From an uncultured Planctomycetota bacterium (lineage in GTDB: Bacteria; Planctomycetota; Planctomycetia; Isosphaerales; Isosphaeraceae), in the NCBI GenBank assembly GCA_963823665.1, contig CAWGMQ010000005.1, positions 192,001 through 256,000 of the forward strand: a stretch of 64,000 bases of DNA, in the 5' to 3' direction. How positions within the stretch are numbered: the first letter of the stretch is position 1; the number at the start of each line of letters is the position of its first letter. The notes under the pieces are model-generated. The model had not been told where the DNA came from and did no database searches. It saw only the letters and a program-made list of their open reading frames with translations. This document shows positions 40,886 to 51,700 of the stretch, one piece after another. A program made the translations under genes and the position numbers.

Positions 40886-42235
40886 TCAGATCGAGAGCGG
40901 CCCGAACAGGTCGTCGACCTTTCCTTGACTGTCGGCGAACGAGTCCAGCCGCACTCCCACCTTATCGAGCAAAGTGAGATGCAGGTTGGCCAGCGGGGTC
41001 GGCTTCTCGAATCGAATGTGCTGGTTGCCCTTCATGTTGCCTGCTGCGCCACCCGCAACGAGGATGGGCAGGTTCGTGTGGTCGTGGACGTTGGGGTTGC
41101 CCATGCCGCTGCCGTAGAGGTAGAGCGAGTGGTCGAGCAGTGTGCCGTTGCCCTCGTTTGTTGCCTTCAGCTTGGCGATGAATTCGGCGAACAGCGAAAC
41201 GTGGAACTGGTTGATCTTGGCCATCCGCGCGATCTTGGCCGGGTCGTTGCCGTGGTGGGTGAGCGGGTGATGCGGGTCGGGCACGCCGATCTCGGGGTAC
41301 GTCCGGTTACTGGTTTCGCGGGCGAGCTGAAACGTGATGACTCGCGTGACGTCGCCCTGAAGGGCGAGGACCTGGAGATCGAACATCAGTCGGGCGTGTT
41401 CCGCGTAGGAGGAGGGAACTCCCACGGGACGATCAAGGTCGGGTAGGTCGTGATCGTTTGCGTCGGCCTCGGCCTTCTGGATCCTGCGCTCGACTTCGCG
41501 CACGGTTTCCAGATATTGACCGACCCGAGCCCGATCGGCCGGGCCGAGCTTTTTCTTGAGGCTGGCAATTTCCTCGTTCACGGAATCCAGCAGACTGGCC
41601 CGCTTCTTCAAAGCTGCGCGGCGCAGGGCGGCGTCGCCACCTTCGCCGAATAGACGCTCGAAGACGATTCGTGGATGGGCCTCGGACGGGAGCGGCGTGG
41701 TGGGTGATGACCACGAGAGGTTGTTCTGGTAGACGCAGGCGTATCCGTTGTCGCACTGGCCGACAATGGAGAGCAAATCCATCGACATCTCGAGCGACGG
41801 CAACTGCGTTTCCTGCCCGATCTGCTGGGCGGCGATCTGGTCCACGGTCGTGCCGAGGTAGTAATCGGTGCTCTCGGTCAGCTTTGCCCTGGCCGCGCTC
41901 AGGAACGCGCAGTTGGACGTTGCGTGCGTGCCGGGATAGGCGTTACGCAGTTCCAGGTTGCTGATCGCTGTCACGAACTGCCGCACCGGGGCCAGAGGGC
42001 TCAAGGTTGGCGAGAGTTCGTCGAGCGTTTTCGCATTTGGAGGGGTCCAGCGCGTCAGGTCGCAGCCCATCGGCATGTAGATGAATCCCAGGCGGCGAAG
42101 ACTTGCCGGGGCGGCGGGGGTCGCGGCCAGGGCGGTCATGGACGGGACCATCGCATCCAGCAGCGGCAGTGCCAGCGTGGTCCCCAATCCGCGGAGGAAC
42201 GTCCGGCGCGGCATGGCCTTCTTCGTGATGATCAT
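40886..42235 (-). CDS. DUF1552-domain (HXXSHH) protein with Tat motif
   Basis: PRRTFLRGLG..LALPLLDAM, CDNGYACVY, HHPLTHH, NPNVHDH. Confidence 0.9.
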   Translation of the reverse strand: MIITKKAMPRRTFLRGLGTTLALPLLDAMVPSMTALAATPAAPASLRRLGFIYMPMGCDLTRWTPPNAKTLDELSPTLSPLAPVRQFVTAISNLELRNAYPGTHATSNCAFLSAARAKLTESTDYYLGTTVDQIAAQQIGQETQLPSLEMSMDLLSIVGQCDNGYACVYQNNLSWSSPTTPLPSEAHPRIVFERLFGEGGDAALRRAALKKRASLLDSVNEEIASLKKKLGPADRARVGQYLETVREVERRIQKAEADANDHDLPDLDRPVGVPSSYAEHARLMFDLQVLALQGDVTRVITFQLARETSNRTYPEIGVPDPHHPLTHHGNDPAKIARMAKINQFHVSLFAEFIAKLKATNEGNGTLLDHSLYLYGSGMGNPNVHDHTNLPILVAGGAAGNMKGNQHIRFEKPTPLANLHLTLLDKVGVRLDSFADSQGKVDDLFGPLSI

Positions 42236-44603
42236 TCGGATTTCCTCATCTGAAAGGGAGTGCTCTTGGCGATTCCCACGATCAATGACGAGAAACGATA
42301 ATCCCTGGCGCGGGCCTCGCGTAGGATCTTGCGGATGGCGGGGGCGTCGCTCGTCTCGATGCCCCTTCCCAGAGCGAACGTCAAGAGTTTTTCGGTCAGC
42401 GTGCGCACGAACACTTCCGGTCTCTTGAGCAAAGCTTGTTCCAGGCCGGTCACTCCGTCGAACTCGCTGCCGTCGGGAAGTCCACCAGTCGAGTCGACCG
42501 TTTTGCCTTCCTCGGAGCTGCGCCAGCGCCCCACAGCGTCGAAATTCTCAAGCGAGAAGCCGACCGGGTCCATGAGCTTATGGCAGCCTGCACATGCTTG
42601 ATTGGCCCGATGTTCGGCCAGGCGCTCGCGCACCGAGAGCGAGGATAGGGCGGTGTTGTCCTTCAGGGAGGGTACGTTAGCAAGAGGCGGAGGCGGCGGC
42701 GTCCCGACGATGTTCTCAAGCACCCATTTGCCGCGAATGACCGGCGAGGTGCGGGTTGCATAGGACGTCACGGTCAGGATGCTCCCGTGGCGGAGCAGAC
42801 CGCCTCGCGGGGTGGTGCTGTCAAGTTGAACGCGGCGGAAGTGACTGCCGTGAATGTGAGGAATACCATAGTGCTTGGCCAGGCGCTCGCTCAGATAAGT
42901 GTGATCGGAGTAGAGGAGATCGACGACGCTGCGGTCTTCGCGCAACATCTCGTCGAACAGGAGCTCTGTCTCTCGCCGGAGCGCCTGACGCAGATTGTCG
43001 TCGAAGTCAGGGAAGAGACGAAGGTCGGGAGTGATCGAATCCAGGTTTCGCAGATGGAGCCACTGACCGGCAAAGTTGGTCGTCAGGTTCCGCGCGCGCG
43101 GGTCCCCGAGCATGCGGCGGACCTGGCGTTCGAGCACATCGGGCTTCTCGAGCTCGCTTCGCGCGGCCAGGTCGAGCAGCTCGTCGTCGGGGATGCTGCT
43201 CCAGAGGAAAAACGAGAGGCGTGAGGCGAGTTGGATGTCAGGGATCCGGTAGGCGGAGTTCGATGGGAGGTCAGACGGGGGCAGTTCGATCCGGAACAGA
43301 AAATGCGGGCTAACGAGCACAGCGCTCAGTGCCATCTCGATCCCGGAGTCGAAGTCCCCTTCTTTCCGAGCTTTTCGAAACAGCTCCATAGGTCGCTGGA
43401 GGTCAGAGTCGGAGATGCTGCGGCGGTACGCCTTTCGCATGAGCGTGGTGAGAATTCGCGTCGCGCAGGCCTCGTCCTCGCCTGGTTCCTTCGGTTCGCA
43501 GATGAAGACCTTGCGGCGGCCCGGCGGCTCGCCGTGTCCTTGGCCGGAATAGGGGCCAGTGATTGAGATCTGGTAGAGCGCCGGAGATTGCCGAGGGTGC
43601 CGGTGCACGTTGAAGTGAGCTTGGTACGGCTGGCACTGGTCTCCATGAGCGAACCTGAGTTCTTGACGAACGTGACCCCAAGTTTGTGCGGACCGGCGGT
43701 AACTCGAACGCGGGCTTTCAGGTGCTGGTCAGCCGTCCCATGTTCGCTATCGTTTTTCGGGGCCTTGACGGTAAACGATGCCTTCCGGTCGCGGTCCAGC
43801 AGCACTTCGATCTCGTGAGCCTCGCGGAGGCCTTCGACCTGCTCGTTCCGGTCCCGCGCCAGTCGGAGCTGAATCTCGTACTCCCCGTCCTGCGGGAAGG
43901 TGTACGAAATCAATAAGCCGCCCCTCGTCCCGAAAGGTAGGCCCTCGATATGCTCTTCCTGCGTGATGTCCGGACGGACCCGGATCGTGTCGCCGCCCGG
44001 TGAGCGGCCGGGAGTGCCGACCGCCATCTTGCTGATCTTCTGCGCGGCGGAGATATATCGTTCGAGCAGCGTGGGAGACAGGTCGCCGACCGTCACGTTA
44101 TCGAATCCGTGGCTGGAATCATCCGGGGGCAGAAGCGCCCTTGCATCGATGTCGAGCGCAAGGAGGTCGCGGATCGCGTTCTGGTACTCGGTCCGGTTGA
44201 GCCGGCGGAAGGTGTCCGGCCGGCCGGGCTCGGGGCGTGCTTCGGCCTCCCGATCGAGCGATCCCGCGATCATCGACACGAACTTGTCGTACGTCCGCCC
44301 TGTAGGCCGTATTTCTCCCGAGGGAGGCATCTGCCTTGCAGTCAGGCGACGGACGACCTTTTCCCAGACCTTGGGATGCTGACTCACTTCGTCCCTGGCG
44401 AGAGAATCCAGCGCGAGGTTTCCGGCCTTGTCCTCCTGGTTGTGACAGGAGGCACAATACAGACTGACGAACCGAGTCCTTTCCTCTTGATCGGTCTCGA
44501 CCACCGAGGGCACAGGATGAGGCCGGGCTAAAGAGACCATGAATCCGCCCAGAACGAACAGGATTGACAACCCGAACAGGCTGGTCGTTCCCCATCGATT
44601 CAC
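42232..44603 (-). CDS. Cytochrome c / DUF1587-1595-1592-1588-1585 protein; frameshift at ~43637
   Basis: CASCH, RRLNRTEYQN, LASRLSFFLWSSIPDDEL, RTSPVIRGKW, CAGCH..MDPVGF; two ORFs join at MET/(x)QPYQAHFN. Confidence 0.88.
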
Positions 44604-45007
44604 GAGGTGGGCCCCGAGGTTATGGAATCAAGGAAGTTTCGGGTAGGCGGCTCTCGTCAATTAATTCTACCGCATGACGCCCTGGCAAGCACGTCTGGCG
44701 TTTGTTCCGCGACGGCAAGGCCGTCATCTCCGCCGAGCACGAGTCGCGGGTTCCATTCCTTCCGGAACCGCAGGGCGAGGGCCCAGGCCGCGCCCTCCTC
44801 GCGGCCATCACTCAATTCCAGCTCGCCGGGTAAGGACCTCATCGGTTTTCTCCAGAGGACGCCAGTGGATCCATGTCCATCGGAAACCGATTTCGCGCAC
44901 CGCTGGGTTGGCTTACACGATCTTGTTATGAATGTGATCGGAAAAGCAACGAGATAGAGGGCCGCCAGAGACTCGGACTGGAAAGCGAGATCGCCGGGGT
45001 GAGAGCG

Positions 45008-45631
45008 ATGTCGGACGGCCTGTTTGAAGACCTGAAAGGCACGCTGAGCGCTAGCGACGAAAAAACGTTTGCGAGAGTTTATGAGAAGGTCCTGCCCAAC
45101 GTCGTCCAGGCCGCCAGGCGTAAGTTCGGCGAGCGCATCCGCTGGTACACGCCGGAAGACGCGGCTTCGTCCGCCGTGCGCACAGTCTATCGTCGCCTCA
45201 AGGAAAAACAGCTCCAGGAATTGAAGACGTGGAAAGACTTCGAAGACCTGCTGGTCACGGTTGCGTACCGCAAGTACGTGGACCGGATCCGCCGGGCCCT
45301 GGTTGAGTCAAGGGCGCGGGAACGGATCGCCCTGGACCTGGAAGCCCCGGATGGGTCACAGGGCCAGGCTCTGGATTTGCTCGCCGCGGAGGAATCCCAG
45401 GCCGAGGCGCTCGAGGTCCTGCAACTCTTGAACGAAGTCCCGCACGACGACGTGGAATGTCTCGTCTTGCGCGGCAAGCTCGATGGAGACACGGAGCAAA
45501 CCATTGCCGACGAGCTCGCCGCGAAGACGGGCGAGCCTTGGTCGAAGTACATGGTCCGAAGGATTTGGGAGAAGATCCGGATGCAATTCTTGCAGCGGGC
45601 CGCGATCCGATTTGGTTGTTCCGAAGGGTGA
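45008..45631 (+). CDS. ECF-type sigma factor
   Basis: DEKTFARVYE....V...ARRK, TPEDAASSA, LL.TVAYRK..DRIRR; C-terminal HTH (G.TEQTIADEL...VRRIWEKIR). Confidence 0.72.
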   Translation: MSDGLFEDLKGTLSASDEKTFARVYEKVLPNVVQAARRKFGERIRWYTPEDAASSAVRTVYRRLKEKQLQELKTWKDFEDLLVTVAYRKYVDRIRRALVESRARERIALDLEAPDGSQGQALDLLAAEESQAEALEVLQLLNEVPHDDVECLVLRGKLDGDTEQTIADELAAKTGEPWSKYMVRRIWEKIRMQFLQRAAIRFGCSEG

Positions 45632-45777
45632 CCGGTGCCGCGTAGCCCGGCTCTGCTCCGCTGCAATTGCTCACTCGGAAATTAATTTGAAACCGCATCA
45701 AAGCGTCGAAGCCGCGCGCAGATCGAGTTCGCTTTCTTGATCCGCCGCGGCGATTCTGCAACTAAGGAAGGCGACCA

Positions 45778-48700
45778 ATGCCGACTCCTGACCCCAGGCG
45801 AAGCGACGAAAGGCCCGATGGCAAACGCCGCAAGATGAGCCGCCGCCGGCTCGCGATGCAGATGAAAAAGAAGCGCCAGCAGTTCCAGCCCGACTTCCAC
45901 GGCCTGGAACGCCGGATGATGCCCTCGACATTCACGGTCACGGATACGAGCGATTCGGATGCCGGCTCGCTGCGACAGGCGATCCTCAACTCGAATTCGA
46001 CTCCCGGATCGAACACGATCGACTTCAAGATCGGCTCGGGCGCCCAGACGATCTCGCTGCTCTCGCCGCTGCCGGCCATCACCGTCCCGGTCTTGATTGA
46101 CGGCACTTCGCAGCCGGGATACACGGGTGCGCCACTCATCGATCTCGACGGCACGGGCGCCGGAACCGGCTCGAACGGCTTCGACCTCGCAGCCGGGTCG
46201 CGTGGGAGCACCATCCGCGCGCTCGTGATCAACAATTTCAGCCTGGCCGGAATCTTGATCGGAAGCATAGGCGATACCGTCCAGGGCTGCTACATCGGCA
46301 CCAATTCCGCGGGCACCGCGGGCGGCGCCACGCCGATGACCTATGGCGTGTATGTGGTCGAGCCCGGCAACATGATCGGCGGCAACGGCGCCGGCACGGG
46401 CAATGTCATCTCGGACAACGCCTACGGCATCGTGATCCACGGCACGTCCGCAACCGGAAACGTCGTGGCCGGCAACCTGATCGGCACCAACTCATCCGGA
46501 AGCACCCCGGTTGGTAACACTGCGTATGGAATTGTGATCCAGAACGGAGCCGCGGGCAACTGGATCGGTGTCAATTCGCTCCACGGACCCAGTAGCGCGA
46601 ACCAGGGCAACGTGATCGCCGGCAGCTCGAGCGGCGGAGTCCTGATCCAGGACTCCGGCACCACGGGCAACGTCGTCGCCGGCAACCTGATTGGCCTGAA
46701 CGTCAACTCGGGCGGCCAGGTTATCGACGGCCTCGGCGACGGCTTTGCGGGAGTCGAGCTGGTGAGTGGCGCATCAGGGAACTGGATCGGCGTCAACGCG
46801 GCCGCCGGGTCCGGGACGGAGAACGCTCTCCAGCGCAATGTCACCTCCGGGAGCTACATCGGCGTCGCAATTTACAACACAGGCACGAACGGCAATGTGG
46901 TAGCCGGCAACCTGATCGGCACCGACCCCAGCGGCACGACCGCCGTCCCCAACCAAACCTTCGACGCGCCGATTAGCTATGGCGTCGTCATCGCCGTGGG
47001 AGCCTCGTCGAACCTGATCGGAACCTCCGGTCAGGACGGGGTGGACGACGCCTTGGAACGGAATGTCATTTCCGGAAATACGCAGGTTGGCGTTTATATC
47101 TACGGCGCCCAGGGGCGCCGACCACGGAAAATGTCGTCGCCGGCGATTACATCGGCACGACCGAAGCGGGCACGGCCGCGCTCGCAAACGGCTATGGCGT
47201 CACAATCCAGCTCGGGGCCGCGAACAACTGGGTCGGCGTCAACCCCGTCTACGGCGCCGAAGACTCAGACGAAGGCAACGTCATCTCGGGCAACACGAAC
47301 GCAGGGGTCTTGATCAGCAATTCGGGCACGACCGGCAACGTGGTCGCCGGCGACTTCATCGGGACGAATGCGGCCGGCACGCAGGCGGTTCCCAACTCGG
47401 CTGGCGTACAAATCTATACAGGGGCCTCCGCCAACACGATCGGCGGGACCGTGGCAGGGTCAAGAAATGTGATCTCCGGTAACACGAACACGGGTGTCGA
47501 TCTTGGCCAGATCGGAACGACCGGCAACGTGGTTCTGGGGAATGACATCGGCACCAATGCGACTGGCACGGCCGCCCTCGCCAACTTCAATGGATTGGTG
47601 ATCGAAGGCGGGGCGTCCCTCAACACGATCGGCGGCACTTTAGCCTCGGCCGCCAACGTGGTGAGCGGCAACACTGACTACGGCGTGGCGATCGCCAACA
47701 GCGGATCGAGCGGCAATTTGATCGTGGGCAACTACCTCGGCACCGGCGTCACCGGCTCCACGGCGGTGCCGAATGGGTTGGATGGCATCTCGATCGGCAA
47801 CCAGGCCAGCGGCAACACCGTCGGCGGGACCGTCCCTGGGTCGCGAAACGTGATTTCCGGCAACGACTACGCCGGTGTCGAGTTTGGCCAGAGCGGGACG
47901 ACCGGCAATGTGGTTCTGGGGAATGACATCGGCACCAATGCCGCTGGCACCGCGTCGCTCGCCAACGTGTATGGCGTGGCGATCGCCAGCGGCTCTTCGG
48001 GCAACACGATCGGCGGCACGTCCTCGGGCGCGGGCAATACGATCGCGTTCAATTCCCAGGAAGCAGTCGAAGTAGTCGGTGCCTCGGCCGCGATCCTCGA
48101 AAACTTGATCTTCCAGAACGGATTCGGCATCCTCCTCTTCTCGGGCGGAAACAACAATCAGATCGCGCCGGTGATCACCGGCGTCACGTCGGAGGCAACC
48201 GCTGCGACGTCCTCCCAGACGACCATCTCGGTGGACCTGACCGCGGCGGGGTTCACGTCCGGCTCGACTTATTCGCTCGACTTCTTCGCCAGCGCATTGG
48301 CTGATCCGACCAGCGGGGTCGAGGCCCATATTTACCTGGGAACCCAGACATTCACGGGGGGTGCCACCGGCAGCGTCACGTTCACTTCGCCCATGCCGCT
48401 GCTGTCGGCAAACGAGACAGTCACGGCGACGGCGACGCTGCTTTCTGGGTCGACGTTCACCAATACCTCGAGTTTCGCCACGGCCGCCCCGGTCACCGAG
48501 ACCTCCAACTTCATCGTCACCACGACGAACGCAACCGGAGCCGGCTCGCTGGAACAGGCAATCCTCGACGCAAACGCCGATACCACCAATACCACGCCCT
48601 ACACGGTCACGTTCGCGATCCCGACCGGGAGCGCTCCGTATACGATCAACCTGCCATCAAGCGGCTTGACCCCGATCGCTCGCCCGGTCGTGCTGGACGC

Positions 48701-51700
48701 GACGAGCCAGCCGGGATACGCCGGCTCGCCCATCATCGTGCTCAACGGGACCGGGATCTCGGGCAGTGGGCTAGTCCTGGGCACCGGGTCCGAAGGCAGC
48801 CTGATCAGTGGCTTCGACATCATCAACTTCACTGCTACCGGCACCGCCGGGATTGACATCGCCTCGGCCGGCAACGCCGTGCAGGCCAGTTACGTGGGCA
48901 TTCAAGCTGGCGGAAGTGCGGCGGCCGGGAACTCGGAAGGCATCCTGATCACCGGCTCGAACAACACGATTGGCGGTGTGGTCCCCGGCGCCGGCGATCT
49001 GATATCGGGCAACACGACCTACGGGGTTGAGATCTTCGGCGCGGGCACGTCGGGGAACGTGGTCGAGGGTGACTTGATCGGCACGAGCGCGGCAGGGACC
49101 ACGGCCCTCGGCAACGGTGTCGACGACCTGGTGATCACAAATGGAGCCACCGGCAACTGGATCGGAGTCAATCAGGTCAATGGCCCGGATAACGCGGACC
49201 AGGGCAACGTGATCGCTGGCGGCGCCTCCGTCGGCCTACTCATCGAAGGCGCCGGGACGACGGGCAACGTCGTCGCCGGCAACTTGATTGGCCTGAACGT
49301 CGGCTCTCAAGGTCAGGTCATCGACGGCCTCGGCGACGGCTTCGCCGGAGTGTGGATCATCAGTGGAGCATCGGGCAACTGGATCGGCGTCAACGCGGCC
49401 GCCGGTCCCGGCACCCAGGACGCCCTCCAGCGAAACGTGATCTCCGGGAGCTATATTGACGTCGGGATGGACAACAGCGGAACAACCGGCAACGTGGTGG
49501 CCGGCAACCTGATCGGGACCGACCCGACGGGAACAGCCGCCGTTCCGAACCAGACTTACGACGCCCCCCAGAGCACCGGCGTTTACATTGAAGGGGGGGC
49601 CTCGTCGAACCTGATCGGAACCTCCGGTCAAGATGGGGCGGTCGCCGATGCCCTCGAACGCAACGTGATCTCCGGCACCACATCAAGTGGCGTTCTGATT
49701 GACGATCAGGGAATAGCGACGACGAGCAACGTGGTGGCCGGTAACTTTATCGGCACCACCGCCGACGGGAGTGCCGCGCTCGGCAACTCGAACGGTGTGA
49801 CGATCGCACAGGGCGCCTCGAGCAACTGGGTTGGTGTGAACTCGGTCTACGGTCCGGAGAACGCCGACCAGGGCAATCTCATCTCGGGCAACTCAAACGC
49901 CGGCGTCTATATCACCAACGCGAACACGGCGAACAACGTCGTTGCGGGGAACGACATCGGCACGGACGTAACCGGCACGAAAGCGTTGCCGAACGCCGGT
50001 CATGGCGTGGCGATCTACGATGGTCCGCAAGGTAATATCATCGGAACCAACGGTGATGGCGTGGCAGACGCCTTGGAGCGGAATCTCATTTCGGGAAATG
50101 GCCAGGACGGCGTCGCGATCGCCGGCTTCACCGTTGAAACCGACGACAACGTGGTCGCCGGGAACTATATCGGCACGGACGTCACCGGCACGTTACCGCT
50201 GGGCAACCAGGCACGAGGCGTGGAAGTGTACGGCATGGCCTCCTTCAATCGAATCGGGGTCAACCCCGGTGACGTCGGAGCATTGGCGGAAGGAAACGTG
50301 ATTTCCGCCAATCAGGGTTTTGGCGTCTGGATCTGGCACGGAGCGGCGAGCAATGTCGTCGCCGGGAACGTGATCGGGACCAATGCGGCTGGTACGGCCC
50401 CCCTGGCCAACAGCGCCGGCGTGGAAATCGCAGACGGCGCCTACAATAACTGGATCGGGGTCAATCCGGTCTATGGTCCGGAGAACGCCGACCAGGGCAA
50501 CGTGATCGCCGGCAACACGAGCAACGGCGTAAATATCCAGGACTCCGGGACGACGGGCAACGTCGTCGCCGGCAACCTGATCGGCTTGAACGTCAACTCC
50601 CAGGGCCAGGTCATCGACGGACTCGGCAACGGCGAGTTTGGAGCCCCAGTCTTCAACGGCGAGTCCGGAGTCGCAGTCTACAGTGGCGCATCGGACAACT
50701 GGATCGGCGTCAACGCGGCCGACGGGCCCGGGACAGAGAACGCCCTCCAGCGCAACGTGATCTCGGGGAGCTATCTCGGGATCGCGATTTCCGGCACGGG
50801 AACGAAAGGCAACGTGGTGGCTGGGAACCTGATCGGGACCGACCCGACGGGAACGGCCGCTGTTCCCAACCAGACTTATGACGCCCCAGTGAGCCTGGGC
50901 GTGGACATCGCCCTGGGGGCGTCCTCGAACCTGGTCGGGACCACGGGTCAAGACGGCGCGGTCGCCGACGCGCTCGAACGTAACGTGATCTCAGGCGGAA
51001 CTTACGGCGTTTATATTAACGCGTCGGGGACCGCGACCACGGGCAACATCGTGGCCGGTAACTATATCGGCACGACCGCGGACGGCAGCGCCGCGCTCGG
51101 CAATACTTGCGGCGTGGTTATCGCACAGGGCGCTTCGAACAACTGGGTTGGCGTGAACACGGTCTACGGTCCCGCGAATTCCGACCAGCGAAACACCATC
51201 TCCGGAAACACCGGAGACGGCGTGCTCATCACGGATGCGGGCACGACCGGCAACACGGTCGCCGGCAATTTAGTCGGGACCGATGTCAGCGGCTCACGTG
51301 CGCTGGGCAACGCTGCCAACGGCATCTTGATCCAGTCCGGCGCCACCAACAACACGATCGGGGGCACGATCGCCGGCGCCGGCAACGTCATCTCGGGAAA
51401 CTCGGATACAGGGATCGAAATCGCCAACCCGACGACGACCGGCAATCTCGTTCAAGGGAACTTGATCGGACTCGACCTCTCGGGCTTGCATCCCCTGGGC
51501 AATGGCAGTACGACTGCGCAAAGCTCCTCCGGCATCTGGCTCTACCACAGCCCCGGCAACACGATCGGGGGGACGACGGCAGCGGCTCGCAACGTCATTG
51601 CCGCCAACATGGTCAGCGGAATCTACATCTATGGCCCGGATGGCGGCAACAACCTGGTCGAGGGCAACTATATCGGCACGGACGCCACGGGCACCGTTGC

